64,000 bases of DNA from positions 206,496 to 270,495 of the forward strand of contig CAVXAI010000008.1 of the NCBI GenBank assembly GCA_963759645.1, written 5' to 3'. Origin of the DNA: an uncultured Acidimicrobiales bacterium (lineage in GTDB: Bacteria; Actinomycetota; Acidimicrobiia; Acidimicrobiales; DATKAS01). The notes under the pieces were generated by a model. It ran no database searches and was not told where the DNA came from. It was given only the letters and a program-made list of their open reading frames with translations. The position numbers and the translations under genes were made by a program. Of this stretch, positions 10,950-21,866 are shown piece by piece. Within the stretch, counting starts at the first letter, position 1. Each line of letters starts with the position of its first letter.

Positions 10950-12618
10950 CCGATCTCTTCGAGATCGTCGAGGAGGACGTGCGAGGCGTGCGGCTCCGCG
11001 TGTTCAAGCACGCTCCGCCGATCGCTGCGCGCGGTGTGGCTCGCCAGCGCCGCCCACGGCGACGCCGACTACCTCGTGTACGAGGACGAGCGGTACACGT
11101 TCGCCGACGCGCACCGCATCGTGGCGTCCATGGCCCGCACGCTCGTGTCGTACGGCGTCCGCCCGGGCGACCGGGTCGCGATCGCGATGCGCAACTAGCC
11201 CGAGTGGGCGTTCGCGTTCTGGGCGGCCATCGCCGTCGGGGCGTCGACCGTGCCGCTGAACGCCTGGTGGACCGGGCCCGAGCTCGCGTACGGCCTCAGC
11301 GACTCCGGTGCGGTGGTCCTGTTCGCCGACGAGGAGCGGGCCGAGCGGCATCGCGCCGCACCTCGGCGACACCGCCGTGCGCAACGTCGTGCTCGTGCGC
11401 ACCGAGCGCTACATGCCCAACGCGGAGTCGTTCGAGGACGCCGTCGGCGAGCTCGACTCGCCACCCCTGCCCGACGTCGACGTCGCTCCCGACGACGACG
11501 CGTCGATCATGTACACCTCGGGCACGACCGGCCGGCCGAAGGGCGCCGTCGCGACGCACCGCAACTTCGTCGCCCATCCTCATGAACGGCATGTACCGCG
11601 CTGACCGCCGCGGCCGCGCCGCGCCGCCGCCGGTCCCGCCGCGCCACCACCGCCGCCGCTCGGCGACGCTCCTCACCTTCCCGCTGTTCCACGTCGGCGG
11701 GCTGCAGTCGTTCCTGCTGCCGTACACCGCGGCGGGCGGCAAGATCGTGCTGATGTACAAGTGGGACGCGGTCGAGGCGGTCGACCTGATCGAGCGCGAG
11801 CACGTCACCGCGGTCGCCGGCGTGCCCACGACCATGTTCCAGCTGCTCGAGGTCGCCGCAGGCGCAGGGGCGGGAGCTCCCGTCGCTGGCCGGGCGTCGC
11901 TCCGGCGCGACGCTCGTGCCGCCCGAGCTCGTCCGGCGGATCGACGACCAGCTCGCGTCCCGGGCCGCGCCCGACAACGGGTACGGGCTCACCGAGACCT
12001 CGGGCGCGGCCATCGCCAACATCGGGCAAGGACTACGTCGCCCGCCCCGACAGCGTCGGCACGCCGATCTCGCCGGTGATGGAGGTGAGGATCGTCGACG
12101 CCGACGGCAACGAGGCGCCGGGCGGCGAGGTCGGCGAGATCTGGCTGCAAGGGGCCGACGGTCGTGCGGGGCTACTTCAACAACCCCGAGGCCACGGCCG
12201 CCGCCTTCAGCGACGGCTGGTTCCACACCGGCGACCTCGGCCGACTCGACGACGAGGGCTACCTCTACGTCGTCGACCGCCTGAAGGACGTCATCATCCG
12301 GGGCGGCGAGAACATCTACGCCGCCGAGGTCGAGGCCGCGCTCTACGAGCACCCCGACATCACCGAGGCCGCGATCATCGGCGTGCCCGACGAGCGCATC
12401 GGCGAGGAGGTGGGCGCGGTGGTGCGTGTGCGCGACGGCGCCGCCATCTCGCCGGACGACGTGCGCGCGCACGTCGCCGCCCGGCTCGCGTCGTTCAAGG
12501 TGCCCTCCCGCGTGTGGATCACGACCGACGAGCTGCCGCGCAACGCGGCAGGCAAGGTGCTCAAGCGCGAGCTCCGCGACGACGCTCGGCGCGACCGGAC
12601 TCACAAGCGAAAGGCTGA
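10946..12618 (+). pseudogene. AMP-dependent acyl-CoA synthetase/ligase (FadD-like), about 7 frame breaks plus an in-frame TAG at 11196..11198
   Basis: Motifs are [55 protein letters not shown] and LPRNAAGKVLKREL. The pieces lie in ORFs 10829..12079, 11250..11585, 11308..11604, 11916..12284, 11761..12618 and 12164..13006. The 3' end is uncertain. Confidence 0.8.
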
Positions 12619-12622
12619 ACAC

Positions 12623-13908
12623 GTGGACTTCGACATCCCCAAGGACCTCGCCGACTACCTCGACGAGCTCGACGAGTTCATCGAGCGCGAGATCAAGCCG
12701 CTCGAGCAGGCAGAACGACAACATCCGCTTCTTCGACCACCGGCGCGAGGACGCGCGCACCGACTGGGAGCGCGGCGGCCTGCCGAACGACGAGTGGGAG
12801 CTGCTGCTCGCGCGAGGCGCGGCGCCGCGCCGACGCCGCCGGCCACTACCGCTACCCGTTCCCGAAGGAGTACGGCGGCAAGGAGGGCACGAACCTCGGG
12901 ATGGCGGTCATCCGCGAGCACCTCGCCCGCAAGGGCCTCGGGCTCCACAACGACCTGCAGAACGAGCACTCGATCGTCGGCAACAACGTCGGCCTCCTCC
13001 TCATGATCGATGTACGGCACCGAGGAGCAGAAGGCGGAGTGGATCGACGACCTCGCCGAAGGGCGCGGCGGGCTTCGCGTTCGGCATCACCGAGCCCGAC
13101 CACGGCTCCGACGCGACCTGCATGGAGACCACCGCCGTGCGCGACGGCGACGAGTGGGTCATCAACGGCGAGAAGACCTGGAACACGGGAATCCACGCCG
13201 CGCAGTACGACCTGATCTTCGCCCGCACGAGCGGCAACGCCGGCGACGGCATGGGCATCACCGCGTTCCTCGTCCCGACGAACAGCCCGGGCTTCGAGGT
13301 CCTCGAGTTCCTGTGGACGTTCAACATGCCGACCGACCACGCGCACATCCGCCTCACCGACGTGCGGGTGCCCGACACCGCGATCTTCGGCGGTGAGGGC
13401 AGGGGCCTGCAGGTCGTGCAGCACTTCTTCAACGAGAACCGCATCCGCCAGGCGGCGTCGAGCCTCGGCGCCGCCGAGTTCTGCATCGACCGAGGCGATC
13501 GAGTACGCCAAGGAGCGAGCGCCGTTCGGCAAGCCGCTCTCGACGAACCAGGCGATCCAGTTCCCGCTCGTCGAGCTCACGACGCAGTGCGAGATGCTGC
13601 GCGCGCTGATCCACAAGACCGCGTGGTCGATGGACAAGTACGGCGCGTTCTCGGTGTCCGACAAGGTGTCGATGTGCAACTACTGGGCGAACCGCCTGTG
13701 CTGTGAGGCGGCCGACCGCGCCATGCAGGTGCACGGCGGGCTCGGGTACTCGCGCCACAAGCCGTTCGAGCACATCTACCGCCACCACCGCCGCTACCGG
13801 ATCACCGAGGGCAGCGAGGAGATCCAGATGCGCCGGGTCGCCGGCTACCTGTTCGGCTTCATGAAGCAGCAGGCGCCGAAGGGCGTCATCGAGGAGACGC
13901 GCAGCACG
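12623..13908 (+). pseudogene. Acyl-CoA dehydrogenase, about 5 frame breaks; 3' end not defined by a stop in the conserved frame
   Basis: The GTG at 12623 follows AAAGG. Fragments are DFDIPKDLADYLDELDEFIEREIKPLE, YGTEEQKAEWIDDLAEG, GFAFGITEPDHGSDATCMETTA, INGEKTWNTG and YRITEGSEEIQMRRVAGYLFG. They are spread over ORFs 12164..13006, 12426..13706, 12901..13215, 13010..13396 and 13393..14103. Confidence 0.75.
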
Positions 13909-15855
13909 ATGACGCAGTGGCCCGAGCGCAACGTCGTCGACACGATCACGGCGAGCCGACGACGAGATCCGCCAGGCGGTGGCCGAGGCCGAGGTGCCGC
14001 CGCTGCTGCCGGCGCTCGCCTACCTCACCGGCGACTTGTCGCTGCTGCGCGACGACCTGCGGCCCGACCCGCTGCTCCTCGGCGATGGAGCAGGGCGGGC
14101 TGACGGAGGAGCAGCAAGCCACCGCCCGCGCGCTCGCGGTCGAGACGCTTGATCAAGTACCGCGACGCCGGATCGCGAGCCCGCGCCGGTGCCCGGCGAC
14201 GACGTGCTGCTCCGGATCATGGAGTACGCGGTCGGCGGCGGCGACATGGCCGCGTACCTGCCGCTGCTCGAGGAGGAGCTCGCCTATCGGGGCGAGGACC
14301 GGCGCGCGCCGGGATGGCACGCTGCCCGACGGCGCCGACGTCGACTTCAACGTCGTGATCATCGGCGCGGGGATGTCGGGGCTGCTCACCGCCCACCGCT
14401 TGCAGCAGGCCGGCGTGCCGTTCGTGATCCTCGAGAAGGACCGCGATGTCGGCGGCACCTGGTGGGAGAACAAGTATCCGGGCTGCCGCGTCGACAACCC
14501 GAACCACAACTACAGCTACTCGTTCGCGCAGCGTCACGACTGGCCGTTCCACTTCTCGACGCAGGACGTGCTGCACGACTACTTCCGCACGTGCGCGGAC
14601 GCGTTCGGGCTGCGCGAGCACATCCGCTTCGACACCGAGGTCCTGTCGGCCACGTGGGACGACGACCACGATCGCTGGGAGGTGCGCGTGCGCACGTCCG
14701 GACGGCACCGACGAGACGCTGGAAGCCAACGCGGTCATCAGCGCCGTCGGCCAGCTGAACCGTCCGAAGCTCCCCGACATCCCGGGGCGCGACCGCTTCG
14801 AGGGCCGTCGTTCCACTCGGCGCGATGGGACCACGAGCGTCGACCTCGCCGGGCAAGCGGGTCGCGGTGATCGGCACCGGCGCGAGCGCCATCCAGTTCA
14901 TCCCCGAGATCGCTCCCGAGGTCGGCGAGCTGCTCGTCTTCCAGCGGACGCCGCGCGTGGCTCGGCCCGACCCCCGACTACCACGACGAGGTGTCCGACG
15001 GGTTGAAGTGGCTCTACGCCCACGTCCCGTCGTACAGCGAGTGGAACCGCTTCTGGATCTTCTGGCGGATGGGCGACGGCGGTCTGCCCAACTTCCGGGT
15101 CGATCCGGACTGGCAGTCCGGCGGCGAGTCGGTGAGCGCCGTGAACGACTTCGTGCGCCTGGTGCTCATCGAGTACCTGAAGGCCGAGTTCGGCGATCGG
15201 CCCGACCTGCTCGAGAAGGTGATCCCCAACTATCCGCCCGGCGCGAAGCGGATGCTCCGCGACAACGGCATCTGGGCGCGCACGCTGAAGCGAGACAACG
15301 TGCGGCTCATCACCGACGACATCAGGGAGATCACGCCGAAGGGCATCGTCACCGCGGACGGCGAGGAGCACCAGGTCGACGTGCTCATCTACGGCACCGG
15401 CTTCCACGCGTCGAAGTTCCTCACGCCGATGAAGGTCACCGGCCGCAACGGCATCGACCTGCACGAGCAGTGGGGTGGCGACGCCCGCGCGTATCTCGGC
15501 GTCGCGATCCCGCACTTCCCGAACTTCTTCTGCCTGTACGGCCCGAACACGAACATCGTCGTGAACGGCAGCATCATCTACTTCTCGGAGTGCGGCGTGC
15601 GCTACATCCTCGGGCTGCTCGAGCTGCTGTTCGAGAGCGAGCACGCGCACCATCGAGGTGCGCAAGGACGTGCACGACACGTTCAACGAAGCCGTCGACG
15701 CCGAGAACAAGGTGATGGCGTGGGGCTGGTCCGACGTGAACAGCTGGTACAAGAACGAGCACGGCCACGTCGCGCAGAACTGGCCGTTCACGCTCCTCGA
15801 GTACTGGCAGCGCACGCTGCGCCCCAACCCCGACGACTACGTCCTCTCCAGCTGA
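13909..15855 (+). pseudogene. Baeyer-Villiger-type flavin monooxygenase (FAD/NADPH), about 9 frame breaks
   Basis: It has the FAD Rossmann fold VVIIGAGMSGL, GGTWWENKYPGCRVD, a BVMO fingerprint readable as FEG.SFHSARW, and a second Rossmann fold KRVAVIGTGASAIQ. The C-terminus reads WGWSDVNSWYKNEHGHVAQNWPF. The pieces lie in ORFs 13393.., 13917.., 14189.., 14446.., 14825.., 14991.. and 15658... Confidence 0.75.
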
Positions 15856-15875
15856 CGCCTTCATCCCCGACCGTC

Positions 15876-15912
15876 TGCGCGCCAGCCAGACGATGAGTCC
15901 GCCTGGCGCGCA
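15876..15912 (+). terminator. GC-rich stem-loop after the monooxygenase gene (10-bp perfect stem TGCGCGCCAG / CTGGCGCGCA, 17-nt loop)
   Basis: The inverted repeat was seen directly. It lies 21 nt after the stop at 15855. There is no U-tract. Confidence 0.35.
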
Positions 15913-16009
15913 AACCGGGGGAGACCTACACGATGACGAGCCGGGGCACCGTCTGTCGTCACCCAGTCCGGGTGACCCCCGCCGAAACGCAAGGGGCTAC
16001 GGTGCGCAA

Positions 16010-17665
16010 ATGCGCGCTGTCGACCCGCGGCTGCTGCGGTTTGGCAGGGCTACGCGCCGCTATCTCGCGGTTTCGGTTCTGCTCGGCGCGCTGACCGCGC
16101 TGCTCGTCGTTGCACAGGCGTGGTTGCTCGCTGATGTCGTCTCGCGTGCGTTCTCCGGCGACGAGAGCACGACCGACCTGAAGGCCCCGCTGAGCCTTCT
16201 GCTCGCGGTCGTGCTCGCACGGGCCGCGGTCGCTTGGTACACCGAGGTCGCCGCGAACCGCTCGTCGAGCCGGGTGAAGTCACAGCTGCGACAGGCATTC
16301 GTCGAGAAGGTCGCCGAGACCTCGCCTTCAGCGGACCGCCAACCGGTCGGCGAGCTCGCCACGCTGGCGACACACGGCATCGATGCCCTCGACGGCTACT
16401 TCTCCCGGTATCTCCCTCAGCTCGTGCTCGCCGTCATCGTGCCCGTCACTGTCATCGTGGCCGTGGCGGCGACCGACTGGATCTCCGCGGTCACGCTCGC
16501 AGTGACCGTGCCGCTCATCCCCGTCTTCATGGCGCTGATCGGGATGCGAGTCCGCACCCGCCAGGATCGCCAGCTCCGCACGCTGCAGGTTCTGTCCGGC
16601 CACTTCCTCGACGTGGTGCGCGGGCTCGCGACGCTCAAGGTGTTCGGCCGCTCGAAGGCCCAGGTCGAGACGATCCAGGCAGTGACCGACAGCTACCGCC
16701 GTTCGACCATGTCGACGCTGCGTCTCGCGTTCCTCTCTTCCCTCGCGCTGGAGCTCCTGGCCAGCGTGGCGGTCGCGCTGGTCGCCGTGGAGGTCGGGCT
16801 GCGGCTTCTGCACGGGCACCTCGACCTGCAGAGCTCGTTGTTCGTGCTCGTGCTCGCGCCGGAGGCGTACTCTGCCGCTGCGCCTCGTCGGCACCAACTA
16901 CCACGCCAGCGCGGAAGGACTCAGCGCGGCCGACCAGATGTTCGCGGTGCTCGAACGGCCCTCACCCGCGCGAGGCGATCGCACTGACGTCCCCGATCTC
17001 GCGACGCACGACATCGAGTTCGATCGGGTGGTCGCCGGCTATCCCGACCGCGGCGGACCGGTGCTCGACGGGTGGTCGCTCACGATCGAGCCCGGTGAAG
17101 TCGTCGCGCTGGCAGGGCCGAGCGGCTGCGGCAAGTCGACGGCGTTGAAGCTGCTGCTCGGCTTCCTCGCGCCCCAGGCCGGATCGCTGCGTGTCGGCGG
17201 GGTGGACGTCGCGACGCTCGATCCAGATGCGTGGCGTGCGCACATCTCGTGGATGCCCCAGCACCCTCATCTCTTCGCAGGCACGATCGCCGAGAACTTG
17301 CGGCTCGGCCGGAGCGACGCGACCGACGACGAGCTCTGGCATGCGCTCGTCCTCGCATCACTCGCCGACCGCGTGGCCGAGCTGCCCGAGGAGCTGGAGA
17401 CCCGGCTCGGCGAGCGCGGCGCCGGACTTTCTGCGGGAGAACGGCAACGAGTCGCCCTCGCGCGGGCGTTCGTCCGCGACGCGCCGCTCGTCCTGCTCGA
17501 CGAACCCACCGCGCCACCTCGACGGCGCCGACCGAGGCACGAGTCACCGAATCGCTGAGACGGTTCGCGTCCGGACGAACCGTGGTGGTGGTCGCGCACC
17601 GGCCGGCGTTGCTCGCAATGGCCGACCGGGTCGTAGAGCTCGCACCGGCGATGGCTCTGCGATGA
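16010..17665 (+). pseudogene. cydD: Thiol-reductant ABC exporter subunit CydD, two frame breaks
   Basis: The TM domain begins MRAVDPRLLRFGRATRRYLAVSVLLG. The NBD has [17 protein letters not shown] and LVLLDEPTA. The pieces lie in ORFs 15893..16987, 16938..17558 and 17231..17665, with breaks near 16870 and 17510. Confidence 0.8.
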
Positions 17666-19409
17666 CCGACCCCCGCTCGTCGGTCGCCTCCGTCGGGGAG
17701 ACGATTCGCCTCGCCCGCCCGACGACGTTGAGGCTCGCGGTCGCCATCGGCCTCGGCGCGGCATCAGTGACGGCGGGCATCGCGCTGCTCGCCACATCGG
17801 CGTGGCTGATCTCGCGGGCATCGCAGCACCCCTCGATCGCGGACCTCGGCCTCGCGATCGTGGCGGTGCGGTTCTTCGCGCTGTCCCGCGGCCTTTTCCG
17901 CTACGGGGAGCGCTTGGTCGGCCACGACGCGGCCTTTCGCATCCTCGCCGACGTGCGCACTCGCATCTACGAACGCCTCGAACGACTGGCCCCTTGCGGG
18001 CTCGGAGCCTTCCACCGCGGCGACCTACTGACGCGGTTGGTGAGCGACGTCGACGCCTTGCAGGACGTCGCGCTGCGGGTGATGCCCGCGTGGGTCATCG
18101 CCGCCGTCGTCGGTCTGGCGACGGTCGGCGTGCTGTGGTGGCTGCTTCCCTCTGCTGCGCTGATCGTCGGGCTGCTCTTGCTCGCGTGTGCCACCGTCGT
18201 GCCCGCGGTGGCCCGGAAGCTCGCGCAACGCACCGAGGCGCGGCGCGCCCCCGCTCGAGGCGAGCTGAATGCCGCGGTGGTCGATCTCCTCGACGGCGCC
18301 CCCGACCTCGTTGCGTTCGGAGCGACCCCAACCCAGCTCAGGCGAATCGCCGCGCGCGATGCCGAGCTGACCGACCTTGCGTCGGCGTCGGCACGCACGG
18401 CGGGCGTCGGATCCGGCCTCACCGCGCTCGGAGCAGGGCTCGCGATGTGGGGCGCTGTGGCGCTCGGAGTATCAGCGGTCCACGACGGTCGCCTCGACGG
18501 CGTGATGTTGGCCGTCGTCGCGCTGATCCCACTCGCGGCGTTCGAGCTCGTCATCGGGCTTCCGACCGCGGCGCAGTCGCTCGAGGGAGCGCGTCGATCC
18601 ACGGCCCGGATCAACGCGGTGCTCGACGCCCCTCTGCCCGTGCACGAACCCGACTGTCCTGTTCCGACACGCGGGTCGAGGGAGCACTTTGTCCGAATCC
18701 GTGGGTTGCGGGCGCGCTATGGACCCGAGGCTCCGTGGGTCCTCGACGGCGTCGACCTCGACCTCGAGCCCGGGACGGCGAGTCGCCTTGGTCGGACCGA
18801 GCGGAGCTGGGAAGACGACGCTGGCGGCGGTGCTCGTGCGCTTCGTCGAGTACACGGGCTCGGTGACGCTCGACGGGACCGAGCTCCAGGCGCTCGCCGC
18901 CGACGATGTGCGGCGGATCATCGGTCTGGTCGAGCAGGACCCGCACATCTTCGACTCCACGATTCGCGAGAACCTGCGACTCGCGCGTCCCCGTGCTTCT
19001 GATGCTGAGCTGCGTGGCTGCACTCGATCGAGCCCGGTTGCTCGACTGGGTCGACACGCTGCCGCTCGGGATCGACACCGCTGTGGGCGAGCACGGCGCT
19101 CGTCTCTCCGGAGGTCAGCGCCAACGGCTGGCCCTCGCTCGCGCCGTCCTCGCCGACTTCCCGATCGTCGTGCTCGACGAGCCGGGTGAGCATCTCGACG
19201 TCGAGACCGCAGACGCGCTCATGACCGATCTGCTCTCGGCGACCGAAGGCCGCACGACACTGATCATCACCCACCGCGCTTCCGGTCTCGACGAAGTCGA
19301 CGAGATCGTCGTGCTCGATCGCGGTCGGATCGCCGAGCGGATCGGACACGAGACATCGTCCCCCGGCTTGGCTCTCGCCGGCACCGCGAACGGGAGGTCC
19401 GGGCAATGA
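17662..19409 (+). pseudogene. cydC: Thiol-reductant ABC exporter subunit CydC, two frame breaks
   Basis: An ATGA overlap joins it to cydD. The TM domain lies in ORF 17191..19002. The NBD has [17 protein letters not shown] and IVVLDEPGEHLD and lies in ORFs 18689..19189 and 18906..19409, with breaks near 18780 and 19010. Confidence 0.8.
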
Positions 19410-20827
19410 ACGTCGATCTGGCGAGGATCCAGTTCGCGTCGACGAGCATCTACCACTTCCTCTTCGTGCCCGTCACGATCGGGCTGAGCTTCCTCGTCGC
19501 GGTCCTGCAGACGATGTGGCATCGTTCGCGCGACCCGGAGCACCGTCGCCTGACGAAGTTCTTCGGCACGTTGCTCGTGATCAACGTCGCCATCGGCGTC
19601 GTCACCGGCCTCGTGCAGGAGTTCCAGTTCGGCATGAACTGGTCGGACTACTCCCGGTTCGTCGGCGACGTCTTCGGCGCTCCGCTCGCAATGGAGGGCC
19701 TCGCCGCTTTCTTCTTGGAGTCGACGTTCCTGGGACTGTGGCTGTTCGGATGGGACCGCCTCCCGCCCCGCATCCACCTCGCGTGCATCTGGGCCGTCGC
19801 CATCGGCGGAGCCCTGTCCGCGGGGTTCATCCTCGCCGCCAACTCGTGGATGCAGCACCCGGTCGGCTACACGATCGACCCCGAGACTGGTCGACCAGTG
19901 CTCAACGACATCCTCGCGGTGTTCACGAACCCAGTGTTCGTGTGGGGCGGACTGCATGTGCTCATCGCTTCGCTCGTGACCGGATCCCTCGTCATGTTGG
20001 GAGTCTCGGCGTGGCATCTCCGTCGCGACAGCGACTCGCCGGCGTTCCAGCGCACCGCGAAGGTTGCGCTCGTCGTGTTGGTGCCCGCGATCTTCATGAA
20101 CCTGATCGTGGGCAGCAAGCTCGGCGTGATCGAGACGGTGTACCAACCGATGAAGATCGCGGCCGCCGAAGCCCAGTGGACCACGTGCCAGCCCTGCTCC
20201 TTCTCGGCCTTCCAGATCGGGGGAGGAAACAACGACCCGACGCCGACGAAGATCATCCAGATCCCCCATCTCCTGTCGGTGCTCGCGGACGGCAACTGGG
20301 ATGGCCAAGTCGTCGGGCTGAGCGAGCTGCAGGACCAGTACGAGGAGCAATTCGGACCAGGCGACTACGTTCCAAACGTCTTCATCCAGTACTGGTCGAT
20401 GCGCGTGATGGCGTACCTCGGTGCGTTGGTCTTCCTGTTCTCCCTCTGGGGCGCGTGGCTCATCTACAAGCACAAGCTGGCCAGGGCGAAGTGGTTCCTA
20501 CTCGCCGCGACCTGGGCGATCATCACGCCGTTCCTCATGAACACGGCAGGATGGCTGCTCACCGAGAACGGACGTCAGCCCTGGATCGTGCAAGGGCTCA
20601 TGACGGTTCAGGACGGCGTATCGCCTTCAGTCTCTGTCACCGAGCTCTGGATCAGCCTGACCTTCTTCATCGTGCTCTACGGCCTGCTCGCCGCCGTCGA
20701 CGGTGTCCTGATGTTCCGCTTCGGGCGGCAGGCGCTCGGCGAAGGCGACGAGCACGGACATGGAGCGCCGACCTCCGAAGAGACACCGTCACCCGATGAC
20801 GAGCCGGTCCCGGCTCTCACCTACTAG
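19406..20827 (+). CDS. cydA: Cytochrome bd ubiquinol/menaquinol oxidase subunit I
   Basis: Intact 473-aa ORF. The N-terminus (DLARIQFASTSIYHFLFVPVTIGL) and the EFQFGMNWS / LAMEGLAAFFLESTFLG motifs are typical of CydA. The start overlaps the cydC stop (ATGA). Confidence 0.9.
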   Translation: MNVDLARIQFASTSIYHFLFVPVTIGLSFLVAVLQTMWHRSRDPEHRRLTKFFGTLLVINVAIGVVTGLVQEFQFGMNWSDYSRFVGDVFGAPLAMEGLAAFFLESTFLGLWLFGWDRLPPRIHLACIWAVAIGGALSAGFILAANSWMQHPVGYTIDPETGRPVLNDILAVFTNPVFVWGGLHVLIASLVTGSLVMLGVSAWHLRRDSDSPAFQRTAKVALVVLVPAIFMNLIVGSKLGVIETVYQPMKIAAAEAQWTTCQPCSFSAFQIGGGNNDPTPTKIIQIPHLLSVLADGNWDGQVVGLSELQDQYEEQFGPGDYVPNVFIQYWSMRVMAYLGALVFLFSLWGAWLIYKHKLARAKWFLLAATWAIITPFLMNTAGWLLTENGRQPWIVQGLMTVQDGVSPSVSVTELWISLTFFIVLYGLLAAVDGVLMFRFGRQALGEGDEHGHGAPTSEETPSPDDEPVPALTY

Positions 20828-20836
20828 GGGCCGATC

Positions 20837-21850
20837 ATGGGATTGCAGATCGTCTGGTTCGTGATCATCACGATCTTCTGGGTGGGGTTCTTCGTGCTCG
20901 AGGGCTTCGACTTCGGCGTCGGCGCCTTGCACACGTTCGTCGGCAAGACCAACCTCGAACGGCGTGTCGCCATCAACACGATCGGCCCGTTCTGGGACGG
21001 CAACGAGGTGTGGCTGATCGTCGCAGGGGGCGCGACGTTCGCGGCGTTCCCCGATTGGTACGCGTCGTGGTTCTCCGCGCTCTACCTCGCGCTCGTGCTC
21101 GTGCTGTTCGCGCTGATCGTCCGAGGTGTCTCCTTCGAGTACCGCGGCAGGATCGACCAGCCGAGATGGCGAACCACGTGGAGCCTCGCTCTCACCGTCG
21201 GCAGCATCATGCTGCCAATTCTGCTGGGCATCGGGCTCGGTGACCTGCTCTACGGATTGCCCATCGACTCGAACGGCGACTACACCGGCTCGTTCATCGA
21301 CCTGTTGACGCCCTATGGCGTCTGGGTGGGCGTCACGCTGCTCTCGCTCACCCTGCTGCACGGCTCGATCTTCCTCACCCTGCGCACGACGGGCATCGTG
21401 CACGATCGGGCCCGGCGCATGGCAGGGCCGTTCGCCCTGATCGCCATCGCGACGGTGGCCGTGTTCACGTTTTGGACTCAGGTGCTGTCCGACCAAGGCG
21501 ACATCCCCGGTCCGTTCGAGCTCGTCCCGCTGCTCGCGATCGTCGGCGCCGCCTGGGCGGTGCGCGACGGCCACGACGGTTGGGCCTTCACCGCGACGTC
21601 GATCGCGATCGGGTTGAGCGTCGCGTCGATCTTCATCGCGCTCTACCCCAACGTCATGATCTCGAGCACCGATGAGGCGAACAACCTCACGGTGGCCAAC
21701 GCCGCGTCGGGGAGCTACGCCCTCAAGGTGATGACGGTCGTCGCCGTCGTGCTGTTCCCCCTCGTGCTCATCTACCAAGCCTGGAACTTCCACGTGTTCC
21801 GCCACCGCATCGCCAGCCCCAAGGCGACCGCGGACGACATCGCCAACTGA
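20837..21850 (+). CDS. cydB: Cytochrome bd oxidase subunit II
   Basis: Intact 337-aa polytopic membrane ORF lying 9 nt after cydA. It contains WFVIITIFWVGFFVLEGFDFGVG, typical of CydB. Confidence 0.85.
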   Translation: MGLQIVWFVIITIFWVGFFVLEGFDFGVGALHTFVGKTNLERRVAINTIGPFWDGNEVWLIVAGGATFAAFPDWYASWFSALYLALVLVLFALIVRGVSFEYRGRIDQPRWRTTWSLALTVGSIMLPILLGIGLGDLLYGLPIDSNGDYTGSFIDLLTPYGVWVGVTLLSLTLLHGSIFLTLRTTGIVHDRARRMAGPFALIAIATVAVFTFWTQVLSDQGDIPGPFELVPLLAIVGAAWAVRDGHDGWAFTATSIAIGLSVASIFIALYPNVMISSTDEANNLTVANAASGSYALKVMTVVAVVLFPLVLIYQAWNFHVFRHRIASPKATADDIAN

Positions 21851-21866
21851 CGATCGGAGCAAGAAC

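Noticed and set aside
11196-11198. TAG as a recoded sense codon (for example pyrrolysine or readthrough)
   Set aside because: There is no supporting context, and TAG is used as an ordinary stop elsewhere in the window (for example at 40388..40390). A point mutation or base-call error is the simpler explanation.
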